NCBI GenBank assembly: GCA_016839515.1
Contig: JAEOUE010000304.1
Span: forward strand, 1-14,876
Direction of reading: 5' to 3'
Source of the DNA: Candidatus Hodarchaeum mangrovi
GTDB lineage: Archaea > Asgardarchaeota > Heimdallarchaeia > Hodarchaeales > Hodarchaeaceae
Length of the DNA stretch: 14,876 nucleotides
A program made the translations under genes and the position numbers. The notes beneath the pieces were generated by a model, which was not told the origin of the DNA, made no database searches, and saw only the letters and a program-made list of their open reading frames with translations. This document shows, piece by piece, positions 1-6,413 of this stretch (the first letter of the stretch is position 1; each line of letters starts with the position of its first letter).

Positions 1-937
1 ATTTTAAACTCTCTTCTCCGACCTTTATTAATTCTTGAAATAAAGATATTATTTCAGGATTTGTCTCACTCTCTTCAAGATATCTTTTTACAGGTTCTTC
101 TTCATACGCAATAGCAGCATTTACTAGTCCAAAATCGCCTGAAATAGATCCTCGTTGAACTTCCCGTGCATATTTTTTGAAAATTTTCTTAAAAGAATTT
201 AAATGCCTCCCAATCTCTATTTCTAGCTCAGTCATTCTTATTCCCCTTTCCCTAGAGTTTCTTAATACAGGATCTTCAAAAAGTTTTGAAATATCATTTT
301 CTAAAGTCTGAATTTCATTTGAAAGGGATTCACGATCTAATTTTATAGCCTCCAATTCTACTTCAGTTGTTTCCTTCTTAATTTTCAGCTCTTCCACATC
401 TTTATATAACCCATCTAAATCCTCTAGAGCTTTTATAACGGTATATTCTGCTTTCTGTAACTCTCTAAGATCTTTTAAATCAGAGTTTAATTTTGAAATG
501 GGACCATATATCCCTCTTTTCTTAAGCATGAAGTCAAGTCCCATTATTGAATCTGTATTCTTTTGTTCACGGGTTGTATCATTCATTAAGCGAGATAATG
601 ATCTAATAAATTGATTAAAATCATTAAAACTTAAATTATTTTTAGGATTCGGAATATCAAACTCGTCAAACTGGTTATAAAGAAAATGAACGAGTGAATT
701 CATTGCCTTCAACGATCTAAAGTAGATTTTTCCTTTTTTAGTAATTTTTTGAACCCCCTCTTCAGTCAACTGAGGATCAGTTTCATCTAAAAGTTTTTTA
801 CTTCCCTCACGAACCTTTTCGGCTTCCTTTTGGACACTTTCCCGAATTCTACGACTTTTTTCATAGGCGATATTTATTGTTTTAAACATTTGTTTATTAA
901 TTTCTTCAATATACTCCGCTATTTCGCTTTTCGACAA
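1..937 (-). CDS. Hypothetical alpha-helical/coiled-coil protein (>312 aa, 3' end runs off the window)
   Basis: Not in the ORF track because it has no stop in the window. Manual translation gives an open frame from TTG at 937: MSKSEIAEYIEEINKQMFKTINIAYEKSRRIRESVQKEAEKV...LEDLDGLYKDVEELKIKKETTEVELEAIKLDRESLSNEIQTLENDISKL...IGRHLNSFKKIFKKYAREV...GEESLK. SD GGTGA at 946-942, 4 nt before the TTG. E/K/L-rich heptads. Confidence 0.85.
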   Translation of the reverse strand, partial: MSKSEIAEYIEEINKQMFKTINIAYEKSRRIRESVQKEAEKVREGSKKLLDETDPQLTEEGVQKITKKGKIYFRSLKAMNSLVHFLYNQFDEFDIPNPKNNLSFNDFNQFIRSLSRLMNDTTREQKNTDSIMGLDFMLKKRGIYGPISKLNSDLKDLRELQKAEYTVIKALEDLDGLYKDVEELKIKKETTEVELEAIKLDRESLSNEIQTLENDISKLFEDPVLRNSRERGIRMTELEIEIGRHLNSFKKIFKKYAREVQRGSISGDFGLVNAAIAYEEEPVKRYLEESETNPEIISLFQELIKVGEESLK

Positions 938-950
938 TGTATCACCAGTT

Positions 951-1343
951 CTACCTTTTTTTCGCGTAATAAAGTGAAGAGATAAATAATTCTTCCAGTC
1001 GGGTAATCATCAACTCAATATTCGCTTTTTCCTTCCCTTGTTTTTTAACTCCTATTATTAAATGATTAATTTCATTATTATTGGAATCAAAATTCATGAC
1101 TCCTGATAAAACAGGACGAACATTCTCCCAAATCTGTGGAATTACAGCTGATAATTGTTCAAATTCTGTATCTTCCATGTCAACTATTGATTCATTACTT
1201 CTTTTTAGTCCAGTTAATGGAAAACCATTTTCGTCACTAATAAATGATGCTATTACTAGATGTGAGTCGCTTCCCCCAGTCATTTGTTTAGAAAGGATAG
1301 CACGTAAGGATAATCGCATTTGACTCTCTAGATTTCGTTTCAA
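951..1343 (-). CDS. Roadblock/LC7 (MglB/LAMTOR-like) domain protein, 130 aa
   Basis: Pattern helix - VIASFISDENGFPL (roadblock beta1-turn-beta2, 'DxxGxxL') - helix EFEQLSAVIPQIWENVRPVL - three short strands (INHLIIG, IELMITR, LFISSLY). TTG start with SD-like AGGTTGA 7 nt upstream. Confidence 0.7.
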   Translation of the reverse strand: MKRNLESQMRLSLRAILSKQMTGGSDSHLVIASFISDENGFPLTGLKRSNESIVDMEDTEFEQLSAVIPQIWENVRPVLSGVMNFDSNNNEINHLIIGVKKQGKEKANIELMITRLEELFISSLYYAKKR

Positions 1344-1392
1344 TCTGCTTTCAACCTGCTAACTTTTCTTTATCCTAAGGATGTGGAAGATT

Positions 1393-1409
1393 TTTTTAAG
1401 AATTTTCGG
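1393..1409 (-). promoter_or_regulatory. Candidate BRE-TATA promoter for the roadblock/coiled-coil pair
   Basis: Minus strand reads CCGAAAATTCTTAAAAA (purine-rich BRE-like CGAAAA, then TATA-like CTTAAAAA) about 50 nt upstream of the TTG start. The AT-rich background makes this uncertain. Confidence 0.3.
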
Positions 1410-1555
1410 TATATTATCTTTTTAAAATTCTGGGTTGTCTTTTACCGGAAAAATTTGTCATGTCGAAAGGATAATATTTTCAAAGAAAGCAAACTCAAAA
1501 CGGCTAAGTTTGAAAATTAAAACTAATTCAAAGCCCTAATTGACGTGAAAGACCA

Positions 1556-4500
1556 ATGTTTCGAGTAAAATTCACGAAAAAACATATTTATTCCTATATT
1601 TCGCTTTTATTCTTTATTATTTTAACCTCTTCCCAGATATTCTTAATAAATGGATTTATCCCTATTTTCGGGGCACAAGATAAAGAAGAGATTATAGAAG
1701 ATTCAATTATTCCAAACACTCTAGTAAGTAAAATTACTAGTTCAACATATTTTATTGGTAATTATACTTTTGATCTCGAGAGTCTGTATAATTATGTTAA
1801 ATCTTTATATGACGATAAAGAAGCAATATTTTCTGAAGCCTCAAATGGGTATTATACATCTATTGCCACTTTTGAGGCTCTTTCAATATTACGGTTTTTT
1901 GGATTAGATTACTATCTATTTGGCCCTGATTGGCAGAAAAAAGAAGATGCTATTTCAAATAAACTTCTTGTGGATTTAAAGGATAAAGATTCTAATGGAT
2001 ATCTCCTATATGATCCTGAATCATCTGATATCAATGTTCTTTCACTAGAAGGAACCTACGGAGTTTTTGCCTCACTATGGGTTATGAATGAACTTTTTTT
2101 GCTAAAGCAAAGATCAATTAATTTAGTTGATTTTATTATCAATACAGTCTTTAATAAATCCGATAATACATTTCATGAAATCGGAAGAAAATCATCTATA
2201 AAGGCAACATTTCATGCTCTTACTATTCTTGACCTGGTTTATAAGTGTGTAACATTACCTGAACTTAGGGATACTGTAACTACTCCTGTTGTTACTCAAA
2301 ACGTAACCGATTTTATGGATAACCATTCTTTAAATATTTTTACATTCTTAGATAACCATTGGTCAAATAATTCAATTTTTGAATCTTCTGATCAACGTAA
2401 ACTTATCGAAAATAACTGGTATGCTTTACAATCAATCTCTATTCTCGAACGGTTTGCCAAAATTATAATGTCGCCTCTCCCAAAGACTTTGATAGATTAT
2501 AAAGCCTCAATAGTTAATTGGATTAAGGGATTAGTTGTCTCTGAAGGAACTACAATGGGTGGAATAACAGTATCTCCTTCTAAAATCAGTACTCTTTCAG
2601 AAACTGCATTAAGTTATGCCATATTAAATCTTCTTAATGCTACAAACGAACTGAATCATTCTGAAACACTTAAGTTTGTGTATTCGTCTCAATTTCTACG
2701 AAGAGAAAATAGAACGTTCACTGCAACGGAAGAATCGGATATTGGAGGATTTAGTTCAAATAACATTACTCACAGTAAAACTTATGTCAATAAACGAGTT
2801 AATATTCATGATACTTATTATGGTGCATTAACTCTCCTTCTAACTGGTGATTTATATTCATCTATTGATTTAGATCTAAAAACATCACACTATGAAGATA
2901 ATATAAACATTAATCAATCAAATTTTATTATTCAAGGAAATATAGCTGAAATTAAAGAAGGTTTTACTGTTTATAATTACAAGCCACATGGATCATTTGT
3001 AGTAAATAGTTTTATTGATAATTGGAATTTAACCCATTCTTCATATTTAGAAACAAATTCAGCATTTATTGGTAAATCTAATGCGATATATGTTGTGAAA
3101 TTAGAAAATGACACACTAGCTAATTATAACTGGATGCTAGGTCCCCATCAAATGATAAACCAATTAACTATACGAAATCTCCCAGTTATACGTCCTCCTA
3201 CTTTTAATTTCACTTCGGAGATCTTCGTTGGTTACTCAACGGTAACAAGATTTAATAATTCAATGATTAAGCCAGGTGATAATGTAACGGTTTCTATATT
3301 TCTCCAAAATCGAAGTGTATTATCTTATTCTGTTGAAAATATCACACAGGGGACTATTAGTGCTAATTTAACAACTCCAACTAACAACACAACATCATTT
3401 TTTATTAATAAGGCTATTAATGAAACATCGAGATCTATAGACTTTATTTGGAATTTAACCAAAGATAGTGTTCTTGGTTCATGGAAAATATCAATTTTTT
3501 ACAATAATGGTAGTTTCAAGCAATTTATTTCTATTTTTGTAGAAGTTGATGATGAAATTTTTCTTTATAATATCTCAAAACTACCAATTTATTATCCAGG
3601 TAATGAGTTGAATCTTAATGTATCATTGAAATATAGCTCTGGAGCTTTCACAGCTAGGGCAAATGCATCTTTAATTTTTTCGAGCAATATTACATCTAAT
3701 AAGAAGTTTATGGTAAAGTTATCTTACCTAGGTGGAAATGAATATTCTACAAATGAAAATTTTTGTCCTCTTCAATTTTTATATGGTTACTATAATGTTT
3801 CAGTTGAATTCACATGGAATCAGTCATCTGGTTATAAATTTGAAATTATAGAAAATGATAGCCTGCCTTTAATACGAATTGAAGGAATTCCAACCATTAC
3901 CAATGCCTCCCTCAAAACAGAATATCGAAATATTACTCAAATAGACAATAGTACAATATATATTGGAGAAACAATAAATTATTCATTAAGAATCGGTTTT
4001 TCTACTCCAGGTGGAGTTAATGAAATTAAAAATTCTTCCCTTATTAGTATAAATGCAGGAATCATTAATAATTCTCTTCCAGCTCAATTTATTCAAAACT
4101 ATAAAGTAGTTTATTCAAATGAAACAATACATATTAGTGCCCAAGTTAATCCAAACCTTCCAATTGCTACATTTGGATCCAGATTTCGTATTAAATCTGA
4201 ATGGAACAATTCTTTTGTTTTCATTCGTGATCCAATTAATACAAGCAATCCCTTAAATTATAATTTCACTTTAGATGGAAAATTGGTTATTACTGAAGTT
4301 GATTATGTTGCTTCAGATTATGAAGAGGGATTATCTACTTTTGCTCTTGATACTACATCTGTTCTGTCCATTTCTTTCAGAATTGGAAATGAAAAATTAA
4401 ATAATATCTCTGTTCCTAATCTCAATCTTTTTGGAATTTTGGACTATTTAGAACATCCAGGGAAGTTTAATCAATCTTTACCTAGTATTACAACTGCATT

Positions 4501-4753
4501 AGACCAAAATGAGTCTGCTATATACTTTTTAGCGTTCCCAACGACGAGTTTATCTCCCAATAAATATGAAATTACTATTTATACACATACTGCTTTAAAA
4601 GCTAACACATTAGTAGGAAAATTATATCCTGGCTTTAAAATAATAAAAACTTTCAACCCTCAACCACCTATTCAGCCTTATGAACTAATTATAATTATTC
4701 TCGGCATAAGTTTCATTGGCCTGGCTTATGTAAACGTAAAAAAGTTTCGTTAA
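1556..4753 (+). CDS. Large secreted, C-terminally anchored glycoprotein: prenyltransferase/squalene-cyclase-like (alpha/alpha)6 repeats plus several MG/Ig-like beta-sandwich domains, 1065 aa
   Basis: Basic N-terminus and hydrophobic signal/TM segment. Six helical repeats (ATFEALSILRFFG, GTYGVFASLWVMN, ATFHALTILDLV, NNWYALQSISILE, ETALSYAILNLLN, DTYYGALTLLLTG), the last preceded by FVYSSQ...GGFS. Beta-rich C-terminal half, roughly 40 N-x-S/T sequons by eye, C-terminal TM IIIILGISFIGLAYV followed by NVKKFR. Confidence 0.8.
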   Translation: MFRVKFTKKHIYSYISLLFFIILTSSQIFLINGFIPIFGAQDKEEIIEDSIIPNTLVSKITSSTYFIGNYTFDLESLYNYVKSLYDDKEAIFSEASNGYYTSIATFEALSILRFFGLDYYLFGPDWQKKEDAISNKLLVDLKDKDSNGYLLYDPESSDINVLSLEGTYGVFASLWVMNELFLLKQRSINLVDFIINTVFNKSDNTFHEIGRKSSIKATFHALTILDLVYKCVTLPELRDTVTTPVVTQNVTDFMDNHSLNIFTFLDNHWSNNSIFESSDQRKLIENNWYALQSISILERFAKIIMSPLPKTLIDYKASIVNWIKGLVVSEGTTMGGITVSPSKISTLSETALSYAILNLLNATNELNHSETLKFVYSSQFLRRENRTFTATEESDIGGFSSNNITHSKTYVNKRVNIHDTYYGALTLLLTGDLYSSIDLDLKTSHYEDNININQSNFIIQGNIAEIKEGFTVYNYKPHGSFVVNSFIDNWNLTHSSYLETNSAFIGKSNAIYVVKLENDTLANYNWMLGPHQMINQLTIRNLPVIRPPTFNFTSEIFVGYSTVTRFNNSMIKPGDNVTVSIFLQNRSVLSYSVENITQGTISANLTTPTNNTTSFFINKAINETSRSIDFIWNLTKDSVLGSWKISIFYNNGSFKQFISIFVEVDDEIFLYNISKLPIYYPGNELNLNVSLKYSSGAFTARANASLIFSSNITSNKKFMVKLSYLGGNEYSTNENFCPLQFLYGYYNVSVEFTWNQSSGYKFEIIENDSLPLIRIEGIPTITNASLKTEYRNITQIDNSTIYIGETINYSLRIGFSTPGGVNEIKNSSLISINAGIINNSLPAQFIQNYKVVYSNETIHISAQVNPNLPIATFGSRFRIKSEWNNSFVFIRDPINTSNPLNYNFTLDGKLVITEVDYVASDYEEGLSTFALDTTSVLSISFRIGNEKLNNISVPNLNLFGILDYLEHPGKFNQSLPSITTALDQNESAIYFLAFPTTSLSPNKYEITIYTHTALKANTLVGKLYPGFKIIKTFNPQPPIQPYELIIIILGISFIGLAYVNVKKFR

Positions 4754-5127
4754 AAAAAAATTAGAATCTCCTTTGACCATCTGGTAACCCAAAGTTCAAG
4801 GAATTCAATAATTTCTTTTATTTCTTCTTTGGTTGGTGATTGAAGATGAATTCCAAACAAGACAATTATATTTCTCTGAGTGATCTTTGCTATGGTACGT
4901 GCCAAAATTCCTGCTACTTCTGCATCACGATGATGAGGAAGTGAGAAAATATGATAATTTGCTGATTTTTCACCAGTAATCCGCAAATATGGAACTCCTA
5001 CTCCTATACCACCTAAATGATCATTTGGACCTTCTATATTAACTATTAAATCTTGACCTTTAAGATATACTCTGAGGTTGAAAACATACTCCTTAAATTT
5101 TGTACTCTGTCGAAATATTTCTTTCAG
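4750..5127 (-). CDS. LpdD-like (prenylated-FMN chaperone)/PAC4-fold protein, about 125 aa, probable CTG start
   Basis: The frame of ORF 4750..4986 stays open upstream to a TGA at 5136-5134 and adds KEIFRQSTKFKEYVFNLRVYLKGQDLIVNIEGPNDHLGGIGVGVPY. Family-type motifs: GxDLxVxIxG..HxG, PHHRD (cf. GH[RK][DE]), GIH, and TxEEI. No in-frame ATG/GTG/TTG lies upstream of 4986. CTG at 5127 is 6 nt after SD-like GGTTGTGA. Confidence 0.7.
   Translation of the reverse strand: MKEIFRQSTKFKEYVFNLRVYLKGQDLIVNIEGPNDHLGGIGVGVPYLRITGEKSANYHIFSLPHHRDAEVAGILARTIAKITQRNIIVLFGIHLQSPTKEEIKEIIEFLELWVTRWSKEILIFF
4752..4760 (-). terminator. Oligo-T (T9) tract at a convergent gene junction, possible archaeal terminator element
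   Basis: A9 on the plus strand (T9 on the minus strand) sits where two convergent genes share TTAA (4750-4753) for their stop codons. The tract lies just inside the minus-strand ORF end, so a terminator role is uncertain. Confidence 0.25.
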
Positions 5128-5304
5128 AAATAATCACAACCGAAAAATGATGAAAAACATGAATTTCTGTTTGGATTAAGGTGATTCTGTATCTGTCAAA
5201 ATTTTAAGATTAGAGCAGAAAACCTAAATTTTGAATAGGATAAGTCATATATCCACTATCTAGAATTACCTTTAAGGAATTACATTTTCGATAAGAATTA
5301 TGAA

Positions 5305-5724
5305 CTATTCTTCAAGACTTGAGATGTCCTCCTCTAGGACTCTATTCTCTTTTATTAGTCGGAGTTTTTCAGTTTCTAAGTTTTCTAGATTTGTTTTGGT
5401 ATTTTTTATTTCATTTGCTAATTCCATGTCTCTTTTCTCAATTGTAACCTTCTTTTCATTCAATTGAGATCGAATCATCTCTAAGTTTGCTATTTCTTCA
5501 TTAAGAGATGTTTTTTTCATTTTCAAATCCTGAATTTTCGTTTCATATTCAAGTTTGTTCTTCTTAAGATTTTCTTGAAGATTTGAGAGATCTATTTGTA
5601 ATTCTTCTATAGTTTTCCCTTTTTTTTCTTTTGATTCTACAATTAATTGTTCTACTCCTGGAGGAGAACATACTGGACAAGGTGCTCTTATAAAATAAGA
5701 ACCACATCGTTGACATGTAGGCAT
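5305..5724 (-). CDS. C4 zinc-finger plus coiled-coil protein, 139 aa (paralog B)
   Basis: MPTCQRCGSYFIRAPCPVCSP (C-x2-C-x8-C-x2-C), then about 100 aa of heptad repeat. ATG start with SD AAGGAG inside the end of the upstream gene, and a 2-nt gap to that gene. Confidence 0.85.
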   Translation of the reverse strand: MPTCQRCGSYFIRAPCPVCSPPGVEQLIVESKEKKGKTIEELQIDLSNLQENLKKNKLEYETKIQDLKMKKTSLNEEIANLEMIRSQLNEKKVTIEKRDMELANEIKNTKTNLENLETEKLRLIKENRVLEEDISSLEE

Positions 5725-5726
5725 TT

Positions 5727-6188
5727 TTAGTTTTCTCCTTCATTATTACTCTTTGTCTTAATATAAGTTAATTTCTCTTGTAATTCTTCTTTTCGTGATC
5801 TCAATGATTCTATTTCTTGTCTTAATAATTGTTGATTTTGTTTAAGTTCGTTTTTCATAGATTCATTAAGTTTGACACGAGACTCAAGATCAGAAACTTT
5901 AGTTTTAAGACTATCAACCTCAGTCCTTAATTTTTGTTCTGTTTCTTCTAGATTAGTTAATTCTCCACCAATATTTTTTAGTTCCGATTCTTTTTCTGCT
6001 GAAAGAATTTTAAGTTCATTTTCTCCTTTCTCTATTGAATCTAAAAGTTCTAATGGGTCAATGATTCGGACATTCTTTGATTTTTCAATCTCTATTGTTC
6101 TCACAGGGGAATTAGGAGAGTCTTCTGGAGTGCAATGAGGACAAGAGCTTTCTGAGAAATAAGATCCACATTTCGAGCATATTGGCAA
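5727..6188 (-). CDS. C4 zinc-finger plus coiled-coil protein, 153 aa (paralog A)
   Basis: MPICSKCGSYFSESSCPHCTP (C-x2-C-x8-C-x2-C), then a long heptad repeat. TTG start with SD AGGTGA 6 nt upstream. Confidence 0.85.
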   Translation of the reverse strand: MPICSKCGSYFSESSCPHCTPEDSPNSPVRTIEIEKSKNVRIIDPLELLDSIEKGENELKILSAEKESELKNIGGELTNLEETEQKLRTEVDSLKTKVSDLESRVKLNESMKNELKQNQQLLRQEIESLRSRKEELQEKLTYIKTKSNNEGEN

Positions 6189-6360
6189 TTATTTTCACCT
6201 AATTTAATTCTAACATATGATTCTATAATTACTACATCAAGAGAGGTAAATTCTCAATGGTGCTAGTCCATCTTAGATCTGATCTTTTTCTTTATAAAAC
6301 TATCAAATTATATTCTTTACCTGATAAATAATAGATATACATAAAGAGTAATTAAACGAT

Positions 6361-6375
6361 AAAACGATTATATAT
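6361..6375 (+). promoter_or_regulatory. Candidate BRE-TATA promoter for the helicase
   Basis: AAAACGA followed by TTATATAT (6368-6375), about 40 nt upstream of the GTG at 6414, in a divergent intergenic region. A second TATA-like palindrome TTTATAAA at 6291-6298 could serve the opposite operon. Confidence 0.4.
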
Positions 6376-6413
6376 CGATTTAAATTGAAACCCAATTAGG
6401 TTGTTGCATAACA

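Noticed and set aside
1081-1323. 80-aa plus-strand ORF
   Set aside because: Entirely antisense to the roadblock gene, with Ser-rich shadow composition and no motif.
1401-1455. Imperfect inverted repeat AATTTTCGGTA / TACCGGAAAAATT in a divergent intergenic region
   Set aside because: Needs gaps to pair and has a long loop. Explained as well by promoter elements or chance.
1790-2850. Active squalene-hopene cyclase or protein prenyltransferase
   Set aside because: No DxDD or Zn-binding D-x-C motif seen, and the domain is predicted extracellular and glycosylated. Only the fold is supported.
5263-5300. GAATTA repeated three times (5263, 5277, 5295)
   Set aside because: 6-7 bp, irregular spacing and AT-rich background. 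Not a CRISPR or iteron array.
5872-6138. 88-aa plus-strand ORF
   Set aside because: Antisense to the Zn-finger/coiled-coil gene. S/F-rich sequence is what the reverse of E/K-rich codons gives.
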